64,000 bases of DNA from Clostridia bacterium (lineage in GTDB: Bacteria; Bacillota; Clostridia; Christensenellales; SZUA-584): positions 40,298 through 104,297 of the forward strand of contig JABGQS010000001.1 in NCBI GenBank assembly GCA_018648645.1, written 5' to 3'. This document shows, piece by piece, positions 9,385-18,375 of this stretch (the first letter of the stretch is position 1; every line of letters begins with the position of its first letter). The notes beneath the pieces are model-generated. The model did not search any database. It was not told the DNA's origin and worked only from the letters and a program-made list of their open reading frames with translations. The position numbers were made by a program, and so were the translations under genes.

Positions 9385-10908
9385 ATGGTAAAGAGAAAAA
9401 ACAAAAACTCAAAATTAATGAGGAACTTGTTATGGGCACTCGGAGTGCTTATCGTAGCATTGATTGTCGTGCTGATTATTATACTTGCGACCGGCGGAAA
9501 AGATGAAGAGCAGCAGAAAGTTGAGCAGTTGTATGAAACGGCTGAGTATGTTACCGGCGTGTCTATTTCGGGTGTTGATATCTCGGGGTTGATGTTTGAT
9601 GAAGCAAACACAAAAAGTGAGCTGTTATCTATTGCAGGGTCTGCGACCGACAATGTGAGCTTTACATTTAACGTGGACGGTGTGCAGTTTTCGTTTACTG
9701 CCGAGGAGCTTGGTGTCACGTCCAATTTTGCGCAGGTGCTGGAAGATGCCATGCTATATGGTAATTCGGGCAGTGGTGCGCAGATTAGAGAAGAGCGCGG
9801 TGAGGCACGAGAAAACGGAATGGATTTTGCGATTGGTTTACATGCAGAGGAAACGGTTGTATATGAAAAGCTGCAGCAGATCAAACCAATGATGGATATA
9901 TTGCCTCAGGACGCGTCACTTGATATTGTAGATGCCGTTTTAGGCGAAGCGAGATTTATATATACGGACGAAGTCAAAGGTGTCGATGTTGACATTGCGC
10001 AGCTTGCTAAGCTGATAGGCATAGGTGCGGCGAGCGGCGACTTTAGCGCGATTGAAGCGCCGGTGATTATCACCAATCCGAAAATCGATGTCGTTACTCT
10101 AAAAGAGAACACAAAGCTGATAGCGTCATTCTCTTCGTTCTTTGACTCGCCTACGCTGAGCAAAGAAGGCAGAGTGAACAATATTCAGATACTCGGAGAC
10201 TTTGTGAACGGTGTTGTCATTATGCCGGGAGAAACGTGGTCGATAAACGAGGAAGCAGGACCGCGAATTCCGTCTACGGCGACGACAATTGGATGGTCAG
10301 AAGCACCGGGAATAAGCAACGGCAGATATGAAGAGCAGCTTGGCGGCGGAGTTTGTCAGGTTAGCAGCTCGGTGTACAATGCGGCGATTTTGGCAGAGCT
10401 CGAAATTGTCTCTAGAAACCAGCATAGTTGGCCATCGGGATATATTGTTGAAGGAATGGATGCAACGATTAGTACAGGCGGACCGGATTTGGTATTAGGA
10501 AATCCTTATGATATGCCGATATATTTGGCTGTCTTTGTAGAGGAAGAGGAGTTTAAAGTGACGGTCGAGGTTTACGGACCTCCATTGACTCACGGATATA
10601 CGGTGCGGTTTGTTTCTAATTTGGTTCAAACGATACAGGCAGGCGATCCGATATACCATTATGATTCGCTTGTTGACCCGGAGGGCAACGAAATCCCTGA
10701 GGGTGCAACTGTCACATGGATTAAAGGAAAGAACGGTCAAGTTTGGGAAGTGACAAAACAGTACGTTGATGAAGATGGCAACGTTATAATGTCGGAGAAG
10801 TTCTCGAGCAACAGGTATAAGGCGTTTACCTATGAGTATTATGTGAACGGACCGGACCCGGCGATTGCGGGACCGACGCCATTGCCGTCACCATCACCGA
10901 CACCATAG
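9385..10908 (+). CDS. VanW-domain membrane-anchored cell-wall protein (paralog 1)
   Basis: N-terminal TM; GVSISGVDISG; PGETWSINE, GGGVCQVSS, RNQHS, DATI; Pro/Thr tail. Confidence 0.88.
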   Translation: MVKRKNKNSKLMRNLLWALGVLIVALIVVLIIILATGGKDEEQQKVEQLYETAEYVTGVSISGVDISGLMFDEANTKSELLSIAGSATDNVSFTFNVDGVQFSFTAEELGVTSNFAQVLEDAMLYGNSGSGAQIREERGEARENGMDFAIGLHAEETVVYEKLQQIKPMMDILPQDASLDIVDAVLGEARFIYTDEVKGVDVDIAQLAKLIGIGAASGDFSAIEAPVIITNPKIDVVTLKENTKLIASFSSFFDSPTLSKEGRVNNIQILGDFVNGVVIMPGETWSINEEAGPRIPSTATTIGWSEAPGISNGRYEEQLGGGVCQVSSSVYNAAILAELEIVSRNQHSWPSGYIVEGMDATISTGGPDLVLGNPYDMPIYLAVFVEEEEFKVTVEVYGPPLTHGYTVRFVSNLVQTIQAGDPIYHYDSLVDPEGNEIPEGATVTWIKGKNGQVWEVTKQYVDEDGNVIMSEKFSSNRYKAFTYEYYVNGPDPAIAGPTPLPSPSPTP

Positions 10909-11029
10909 AGCATATCAACACGGGGCAGACGACGGGCGTGCTGCATTGCGAGCTGTCGGTTTACAAGAAAGAGATTATGTTGTATTATATACAATATATG
11001 GAGAAAGATTATTTGGAGGAAGTACAGTT

Positions 11030-12778
11030 ATGACCAACGAGGGGAAGTACCAGGTGGATAAGCCCGCAGTTGATATGAAACAAAAAGGAAGTCTTTGGAG
11101 CAAGATAACTCTGATTGCGGCAGGCGTTGTGTTTGTTGTCGCGCTCGGTGTTTCGGCGATGTTTATTATGGACGACAAAGGCGTCAGCGAAGAGAGAATT
11201 GTCAGAGTGATTGACTACGGTACGGTGCTGAGTGGCGTCAGTGTCGGTGGCGTGGATGTTTCCGGGATGACGGGAATTGCGGCATCTGAGGCAACCGGCG
11301 GTATCGAAACGCAGCTGTTGGCATCGGCACAGTTTGTGCTGGATGTGGACGGCGAAATCACAGAGTATGACGCAGAATCGTTCGAGCTGTTTACCGATTA
11401 CGAGGAAGTTTTCGCGCAAGCGATGAGATATGGGCATGTAGGCACGTTTGAGGAACGCAAAGCGGCAAAAGAGGCGGCGTTGAATGGCGGCGTTGATTTT
11501 ACAGTCGAGATGTATGCCGACGAAGCTAAGGTTGCGGCAGTAGTAGCCGATTTGAAACTGGCTATGGACAGACCACCATCAGACGCGGGATATACATTTA
11601 TGCCGTGGGGTTATTTTGAAGACGGAACCGCGTATGAGCCTGACATGGAAGAGATGATTACTATACTCGCTAAGAAGGATGAGTTCGTGTACCCCGAAGG
11701 GCTTGTCAAAATCGCAGACGAGGATATGCCGAGCGATTTGAGATACGAATATTATCAAGACGATTACGATTGGGAAGAGCATTACGAAGAGCAGTATAAG
11801 CCAAAGGATGCGGCTATTGCGAGGTTCTCGTATGCGGGAGAATCGAAAGGCGTTATTGTGGACGAGGCAGGCACGGTTGACCTTATTATGGCGGCTGTGC
11901 AAAACGACGATTTTGCAGCAATCGCAGTGCCGGCGCAGATTATTCACTCTGAGGCAACGCTCGAGGCAATGCTGAACGCTACCCAGCTGATTGCATCTTG
12001 GACATCGAGCTATCACGACCATTACGGACGAAGCAGAACATACAACGTTGGTAAGCTGTCGTTCATCATCAGCGGCGTTGTAATAATGCCGGGCGAGACA
12101 TGGTCGATAAACGAGGAAGCCGGAGATCGAACGAGATCGAACGGATGGAAGGAAGCTGCGGGGATTAGCGGCGGAGCGTTTACGCAGCAATACGGCGGCG
12201 GTGTTTGCCAAGTCAGCAGCACGCTGTTTAACGCGGCGCTGAGAGCGGGGCTTCATCACGAGGACGATATTGACCACGCCAATCATACGATTATCTCCGA
12301 CTATATACCGATTGGACTGGATGCGACGATCAGCAGCAAAGGGCCCGATCTAAAGCTGACCAACCCGTATGACACGCCGCTTTATATCGTGTCGTACTTG
12401 AACGGAGTAGAAGAGAACGTTACGATAGAGATATACGGCAGCCCGCTTATTCATGAGGAATTCGGTCCGATTATATACGACTTTAGCAGCAGAAGAACGG
12501 GCACGGGCGAGGCGCCGGAGTATACTTATATTTATGATACACCGGTTGCACCTGACGGCGAAGTGATTGCGCCGGGCGAATCCTATAGATATATTAAGTC
12601 TCGCGGCAAGACAACCGCAAGGGCGTATATGCATATACTTGACCTTGAGGGCAACGAGCTGATTGAGAAAGAGCAAATGTTTACTGCGACATACAAAGCA
12701 TATACAGGTGTATATTATGTGAACGACCCTGCTCCGCCGGAACCGACAGAGGAGCCGACGCCAACTCCTGATCCATAA
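11030..12778 (+). CDS. VanW-domain membrane-anchored cell-wall protein (paralog 2)
   Basis: ATG 11030 with ggagg RBS; GVSVGGVDVSG; PGETWSINE, GGGVCQVSSTLFNAAL, GLDATI; Pro/Thr/Glu tail. Confidence 0.88.
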   Translation: MTNEGKYQVDKPAVDMKQKGSLWSKITLIAAGVVFVVALGVSAMFIMDDKGVSEERIVRVIDYGTVLSGVSVGGVDVSGMTGIAASEATGGIETQLLASAQFVLDVDGEITEYDAESFELFTDYEEVFAQAMRYGHVGTFEERKAAKEAALNGGVDFTVEMYADEAKVAAVVADLKLAMDRPPSDAGYTFMPWGYFEDGTAYEPDMEEMITILAKKDEFVYPEGLVKIADEDMPSDLRYEYYQDDYDWEEHYEEQYKPKDAAIARFSYAGESKGVIVDEAGTVDLIMAAVQNDDFAAIAVPAQIIHSEATLEAMLNATQLIASWTSSYHDHYGRSRTYNVGKLSFIISGVVIMPGETWSINEEAGDRTRSNGWKEAAGISGGAFTQQYGGGVCQVSSTLFNAALRAGLHHEDDIDHANHTIISDYIPIGLDATISSKGPDLKLTNPYDTPLYIVSYLNGVEENVTIEIYGSPLIHEEFGPIIYDFSSRRTGTGEAPEYTYIYDTPVAPDGEVIAPGESYRYIKSRGKTTARAYMHILDLEGNELIEKEQMFTATYKAYTGVYYVNDPAPPEPTEEPTPTPDP

Positions 12779-13088
12779 AGACAGCCGGCGTAGTTCAAAG
12801 GTAAAATGTAGCATGATTGGCAGGTAAAGTGTTGTTGATAATGGTATATATAGTGGGGTTTTAGTGCAGTATAAAGGGATTTTAACAACATATGGGGTGT
12901 TGACGAAAGTCTGCTAAAATGATAATATATTTTATGCGTGAAATATAAGTTTTGCGTATAAAAATACAATGGTCAAAAGAAGCTGATGAAAGCGTTCCTA
13001 ACCTTGGGTAGTGGTAAAAAAATTCTCCTGGAGTTATGAAAATGTCATCTCGTCTTGTGAACCATGGATAGCAAAAAAAGGAGAAAAA

Positions 13089-13367
13089 ATGTTTGAAGAC
13101 AGAACACTGAGTTGCGCGGATTGTGGTAGTGATTTCACTTTTACAGTTTCTGAACAGGAATTCTATCGTGAAAAAGGCTTTGAAAACGATCCGAAGAGAT
13201 GCCAGGATTGCCGCCAGGCAAGAAAGCGTCAGAGAAGAGGAGACCGCCCAATGTTCGAAGCAGTATGCGCTGAATGCGGCGCAGAGACTCAGGTTCCTTT
13301 CCAACCTACAGGTGAGAGACCGGTTTACTGCAGTGATTGCTTTAGAGCCAGACGTGACCGTTACTAG
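13089..13367 (+). CDS. Zinc-ribbon plus CxxC-x17-CxxC domain protein
   Basis: MFEDRTLSCADCG..F.F...EQEFY..KGF...PKRC..C; second module CAECG...VPF.P...RPVYC..CF; RBS aggag. Confidence 0.92.
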   Translation: MFEDRTLSCADCGSDFTFTVSEQEFYREKGFENDPKRCQDCRQARKRQRRGDRPMFEAVCAECGAETQVPFQPTGERPVYCSDCFRARRDRY

Positions 13368-13390
13368 AAAGTAACTTATCAAAACGACAC

Positions 13391-13427
13391 AAAAGTACTG
13401 TGTATGAAAATGCACAGTACTTTTTTT
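13391..13427 (+). terminator. Intrinsic terminator
   Basis: aaaagtactgtg...cacagtacttttttt. Confidence 0.85.
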
Positions 13428-13434
13428 ATTGGTG

Positions 13435-13480
13435 AAAACAAACGCCCCGAGCTGTGTCAAAGCTGCTCGGAGCGTTTGCT
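13435..13480 (-). terminator. Probable terminator of the 5'-nucleotidase gene
   Basis: caaacgc-ccgagc...gctcgg-gcgtttg hairpin with A tract on the + strand. Confidence 0.65.
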
Positions 13481-13503
13481 GCTTAATCGGTTGGGAGTAG
13501 CTG

Positions 13504-15093
13504 CTACTTAATTGTAATTTTGCCGACAACCTCCGGCACTGCGTCGAGCGTTGCGAGGTACTCGATGACTGCTTCGTCAAGAGCCGCAAACTCGTTCTCG
13601 ATACCGTTGGTGAGCATCTCGTACCCATCGCCGCCTGCATACATGAAGTCGTTCGTTGCAATCACGAAAACGTCTGTGTCCGCTACTGCAACACCCTTCA
13701 CCATCAAGTCTTCAACTCTGCTGCCAGCCGCGTTTGCTGTGTTGATTGTAAACGTGATGTTTGCGACATGCGGGAAAGCGCCCATGGTTTCGGGGTAGCT
13801 GGACGTTCCAAGCTCGAGAGCTTCTTTCAGCTGTGCGCCGGTGACCGTGGTGGTTACGATGTAGTTGCCGAACGGAAGCACGGTGATGATGTCGCCGATT
13901 GTGATGTCGCCGGGGTCAATGCTTGCACGGATCCCGCCGCCGTTGGTAAGCGCGATGTCTGCGCCCGTCTCATAGATCATCGCATCAACAATGAGGTTAC
14001 CCAGGTTGGTTTCTCCGGTACGCACATCGTCTCTCTCTCCGTCGAGGGTAACATCGGTGCTGCCGACGACTTCGCCCAGAATCTCTGCCTGTGCATCTGC
14101 GATTCCATCGATTAAGTCTTCCACATCACCGTTTGGCAATACGCGCTCGATCAGCTCTGCTTCGATGCTGACCATGCCGTCCGCGTAAGTCAATCGAACA
14201 TGACCCAAGTTTTGTAGATATTCACCCGCGGAGACGATAACTGTGCCCGTTTGCGAAACGATGCCGCCGTCAAGTTCGGTATGGCTGTGACCGTCGATAA
14301 ACAGGTCGATACCGCTGACTGCGTCGCAGATCATCTCGCTGGTAATCAAAGTGCTTGCGTCGGTGCCGATGTGACCGATGCAGATGATGATGTCTACCTC
14401 TCCGGACAGCTTGTCGACCATCTTTTGTGCCGCTTCTATCGAATTGGTAAAAGTTATGTCCGCAACATTGTCGGGATGCGTTTTGTATGCCGTTTCTTCC
14501 GACGTTAGACCAAACAGACCGATTTTTACGCCTTCGATTTCTGTGATTTCGTATGCAGGCAAGAACAGATCACCGTCTCGAACCACGTTTGCGGAGATGA
14601 TTGGGAACTCTGCCATGCCGGCAAGCTCGAACAGTTTATCGGCTCCGTAGTTGAAATCGTGGTTGCCGGGTGCCATGTAGTCGTAGCCAATTAGGTTCAT
14701 GATTTCCACGATGCTTTCACCCTCTTCGAGCGTGGCGAGCGTTTTGCCGTGGAACGTGTCGCCTGCATCGATGAGCAGCGTGTTGGGGTTGGCTGCTCTA
14801 AACCTCTCTACAAGTGTAGCCAATTTTGCATAACCCATGCCGTCATACTTTCCTTCTATTGCGCGCGCATGTACGTCGTTTGTGTGCAAGATGTCAATGA
14901 CAACAGGGTCTGCCACGGGCTTTGGCGCCTCGGTTGACGCAGTCGTTTCGACCGGCTCTGGGGTTGCCGATGCGGGTTTTTCTGTCGGTTCCGGAGTTGA
15001 CGTTGGGGTTGCACAACCTGCAAATATAAAGCTGCATAGCAGTGCAACGAGCACCATAACAAGCGTTATGGATTTTACAACATGTCTATTCAT
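13504..15093 (-). CDS. 5'-nucleotidase/UDP-sugar hydrolase family lipoprotein
   Basis: Lipobox FAGC; HTNDVH, DAGD, GNHDF, DGHSH, ETNLGN, NGGGIR, LPFGN, GGDGY. Confidence 0.93.
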   Translation of the reverse strand: MNRHVVKSITLVMVLVALLCSFIFAGCATPTSTPEPTEKPASATPEPVETTASTEAPKPVADPVVIDILHTNDVHARAIEGKYDGMGYAKLATLVERFRAANPNTLLIDAGDTFHGKTLATLEEGESIVEIMNLIGYDYMAPGNHDFNYGADKLFELAGMAEFPIISANVVRDGDLFLPAYEITEIEGVKIGLFGLTSEETAYKTHPDNVADITFTNSIEAAQKMVDKLSGEVDIIICIGHIGTDASTLITSEMICDAVSGIDLFIDGHSHTELDGGIVSQTGTVIVSAGEYLQNLGHVRLTYADGMVSIEAELIERVLPNGDVEDLIDGIADAQAEILGEVVGSTDVTLDGERDDVRTGETNLGNLIVDAMIYETGADIALTNGGGIRASIDPGDITIGDIITVLPFGNYIVTTTVTGAQLKEALELGTSSYPETMGAFPHVANITFTINTANAAGSRVEDLMVKGVAVADTDVFVIATNDFMYAGGDGYEMLTNGIENEFAALDEAVIEYLATLDAVPEVVGKITIK

Positions 15094-15232
15094 AATAGTC
15101 TCCTTTCCTGTGATTATTTGATATATTTATTATACCATAATTCGGTATGATTGCATATCGTTATGCGAAAGGTTTTACCTTTTATTCCAGTGTAGAAAAA
15201 GTGCCGGCAAAGTTCGAAATTTCTTTGAAAAT

Positions 15233-15260
15233 AAAAAAAGACACAGCAACTGCGTGTCTC
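15233..15260 (-). terminator. Intrinsic terminator downstream of glnA
   Basis: Minus strand gagacacgcagttgctgtgtcttttttt. Confidence 0.8.
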
Positions 15261-15367
15261 GATTTTTCTTGCTGGCTAATATGCTTCGGGATGCCCGCAC
15301 ACCCCGAAACAAAAGCCAGACAAAGAAGTTCATCATTATTAAAAGTGACTTTAAGCCCCTTTTAAAC

Positions 15368-16705
15368 TTAATATCTAGTTAGGTACTCGTCAATTTCCCA
15401 AGGATGAACGGCCAGCCTGTAGCTGTCCCATTCCTTGGTCTTGAACTCGTAGTATGTGTCAAAGACATGCTCTCCGAGCGTTTCCTTGACTAACGGATCT
15501 GCCTTGTACTCCTGCAGTGCATCGTATAGGCTGCCCGGCAAGCTCGTTACACCAAGAGCGTCCATTTGCTCGTCGCTCATTGCGAAGATGTTTTTGTTGA
15601 CAGCCGGTGGAGGAGTCAGGTCTTTCTTTATTCCGTCAAGACCGGCAGCCAGCAGCAGCGCAATTGCGAGATACGGGTTGCACGTCGGGTCGGGATTTCT
15701 CACTTCTACCCTTGTGCCGGAGCCTCGGGAAGCAGGAATGCGGATTAGCGGGCTTCTGTTCTTGCCCGACCACGCTACATAGCACGGAGCTTCATAACCC
15801 GGAACAAGCCGTTTGTATGAGTTAACCGTTGGGTTGGTGACGGCTGCGATTGATTTGATGTGAGCCATGATACCCGCAATGTAGTTATATGCAATTTTGG
15901 ACAGACCGTCTTCGCCGTTTTCGTCGTAGAAAGCGTTTTTACCCTCTAATGTACAAAGCGACTGGTTTGCGTGCATTCCGCTACCGTTGATGCCGTATAT
16001 CGGTTTTGGCATAAATGTTGCGTACAGACCGTGACGTGCAGCGATGCTCTTAACAACGATTTTGAACGTCATGATGTGGTCTGCGACAGTGAGCGCGTCG
16101 GTATACTTGAAGTCGATTTCGTGCTGACCCGCCGCAACCTCATGGTGAGACGCTTCGATTTCGAAGCCCATCTCTTCGAGCGTCAGGCACATGTCACGAC
16201 GTGCGTCTTCGCCTTTGTCGATTGGCGCAAGGTCAAAATACCCGCCGTCATCGTGAGTCTCTGTCGTCGGATTTCCGTTATCGTCCGTTTGGAAGAGGAA
16301 GAACTCGCACTCTGGACCAACGTTCATGATGTAACCCATGTCTTTGGCTTCCTTGAGAACCTTCTTCAGCACGTTTCTCGGGCAGCCCATGTAAGGCTCG
16401 CCATCGGTCGTGTATACGTCGCAGATAATACGCGCGACTTTACCCTGCTGTGGTCTCCATGGATAAATCTCGAAAGTGTCTGTGTCCGGCATCAGCGTCA
16501 TGTCGGACTCTTCGATACGCACGAATCCGTCGATCGAGCTGCCGTCGAACATTGCACCTTCTTCGAGCACTCTTGGAAGCTGCTTTGCTGTGATTGCTAC
16601 GTTCTTTAGGATACCGAACACGTCTGTGAACTGCAGCCTGATGAACTTTACGTCGTTCTCCTCAACCATTTTGAGGACATCTTTGTTTGTAAAACTCTTT
16701 GCCAT
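15368..16705 (-). CDS. glnA: Glutamine synthetase type I
   Basis: [55 protein letters not shown]. Confidence 0.98.
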   Translation of the reverse strand: MAKSFTNKDVLKMVEENDVKFIRLQFTDVFGILKNVAITAKQLPRVLEEGAMFDGSSIDGFVRIEESDMTLMPDTDTFEIYPWRPQQGKVARIICDVYTTDGEPYMGCPRNVLKKVLKEAKDMGYIMNVGPECEFFLFQTDDNGNPTTETHDDGGYFDLAPIDKGEDARRDMCLTLEEMGFEIEASHHEVAAGQHEIDFKYTDALTVADHIMTFKIVVKSIAARHGLYATFMPKPIYGINGSGMHANQSLCTLEGKNAFYDENGEDGLSKIAYNYIAGIMAHIKSIAAVTNPTVNSYKRLVPGYEAPCYVAWSGKNRSPLIRIPASRGSGTRVEVRNPDPTCNPYLAIALLLAAGLDGIKKDLTPPPAVNKNIFAMSDEQMDALGVTSLPGSLYDALQEYKADPLVKETLGEHVFDTYYEFKTKEWDSYRLAVHPWEIDEYLTRY

Positions 16706-16758
16706 TTTTCTAATCTCCTTTAAAAAATCTTTGATATAAATGTATTTTTAATGCCCAT

Positions 16759-17976
16759 CTATAAATCGAGCATTCCAGTCGTGTTGTATGCCGACACCTT
16801 ATGTTCGGCGTTGTCGAGCCCGGCAATCTCTTCTTCTTTCTTCACCCGCAAACCAACAAATCGTTTCATCAGAGAGAAGTATACGAAGCTGATTGCCATT
16901 GCGAATGCACCACATGCGACTACGCCAAGGAATTGTATGGGAAGTAATATCCCACCACCATAGAGTATACCACCATCGACTGCAAATAGTCCAACACAAA
17001 TAGTGCCGAATGCGCCCGTAATTCCGTGGACCGATATTGCGCCGACAGGATCGTCGATCTTCAGTTTGTTATCAAACAAGTCTACGGCGAAAAGCATCAC
17101 TATGCCTGAAAGTACACCTATTACGATTGCTGCCCATGGTTCTACGCCGGAGCAGCCCGCCGTAATGCCGACAAGACCTGCAAGGCAGCCGTTTAGCGTG
17201 AGGCCTACGTTTGCGTGTTTGTGCCGAAGCATGCTGACGCCCATTGCCGACAGCGCGCCTGCTGCGCCGGCAAGAATCGTATTGACTGCAACGAGACCGA
17301 TGTCTGCTGTTGCGCTAAATCCGCTGCCTGCGTTGAACCCAAACCAGCCAAACCATAGGAGCAACACGCCGAGCGCGCCTAGTGGAATGCTGTGTCCGGG
17401 GATCGTTCTTACGTTGCCTCTGTGCGGATATTTGCCGTTGCGCGCGCCGACGAGCTTTGCGCCGACCAATGCCGAGAAACCGCCGATTGCGTGTACTGCT
17501 GTTGAGCCGGCAAAGTCTGTGAACCCTAAGCGGCCAAGCCATCCGCCGCCCCAAATCCAGTGACCGGTAATCGGGTATATTACCGTGCACATTACGAGAC
17601 AGAACCCGAGGTACACGCCGAACTTCATGCGCTCTGCGACTGCGCCCGATACTATGGTTGCGCAAGTGGCAGCAAACACGGCTTGGAAAAACCAAAACAC
17701 GTTTAGAGAAACGCTGTCCGCCCCGCCGCCGACGATGCCAAGCCCCGGCGTGCCGATGATGCCGAGCAGGCTTGTGCCATACATCAGCGAGTATCCGATG
17801 AGGTAGTAGCACAGTGAGCCGATTGCGATGGTCATGAAGTTTTTCATGATGATGTTTGCTGTGTTCTTCGACTGAGTCATGCCGGCCTCTACGCATGCAA
17901 ACCCTGCATGCATTAGAAAAACAAGTGCTGCACAAATCAGTATCCAAACATTGTTTAGTGCGATGTCAATAGTCAT
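16759..17976 (-). CDS. amt: Ammonium transporter
   Basis: FLMHAGF..VEAG, SGAVAER, DFAGSTAVH, LWFGWFGFN, DDPVGAISVHG; ATG 17976 with aggag RBS. Confidence 0.97.
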   Translation of the reverse strand: MTIDIALNNVWILICAALVFLMHAGFACVEAGMTQSKNTANIIMKNFMTIAIGSLCYYLIGYSLMYGTSLLGIIGTPGLGIVGGGADSVSLNVFWFFQAVFAATCATIVSGAVAERMKFGVYLGFCLVMCTVIYPITGHWIWGGGWLGRLGFTDFAGSTAVHAIGGFSALVGAKLVGARNGKYPHRGNVRTIPGHSIPLGALGVLLLWFGWFGFNAGSGFSATADIGLVAVNTILAGAAGALSAMGVSMLRHKHANVGLTLNGCLAGLVGITAGCSGVEPWAAIVIGVLSGIVMLFAVDLFDNKLKIDDPVGAISVHGITGAFGTICVGLFAVDGGILYGGGILLPIQFLGVVACGAFAMAISFVYFSLMKRFVGLRVKKEEEIAGLDNAEHKVSAYNTTGMLDL

Positions 17977-18008
17977 GTGCCTTCTCCTCTGCAAAAATTT
18001 TAAAATAT

Positions 18009-18058
18009 AAAAAAGATGCCCAAACTTGCGCCGCAGCGCAGGATTGACATCTTCGTCA
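18009..18058 (-). promoter_or_regulatory. Attenuator-like leader of amt-glnA: small hexaloop hairpin overlapping an intrinsic terminator
   Basis: Minus strand TGAC-GAAGAT-GTCA overlaps the 5' arm of AAGATGTC...GGCATCTTTTTT; candidate promoter TTGCAT-N17-TATGTT just upstream. Confidence 0.6.
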
Positions 18059-18375
18059 TCTGATTTATACTGATAACATACCACACTTTTTATCGTGATG
18101 CAATAGGAAAATCAACAATTATGACATTTAATTTTAGATTTCTTGCAAAAATCGCGAAAAATCGGCTGAAAAAGTACTAATATTACAAGATGTGATGATG
18201 CGACTTGCGAAAATTAATTTTTGGGAGTGCGGTCGGCAGGTTGAGAACAGCACAAAACGGTAAACACAATGTATACTCGCGGTGCGGCTGCAAATGTGAA
18301 TTTATTGCATCTACCAACAAAAGATGTGCTATAATAGGTTTGGTACGTGGTGAGAACATTTTATGGAGAGGGTTA

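Noticed and set aside
9385-12778. Vancomycin resistance cluster
   Set aside because: Only VanW-domain genes; no ligase, vanH/X/Y or vanRS.
12983-13046. CTGATGA...GAAA...GTC resembling a hammerhead ribozyme core
   Set aside because: Stems II and III cannot be formed in the required register around the core.
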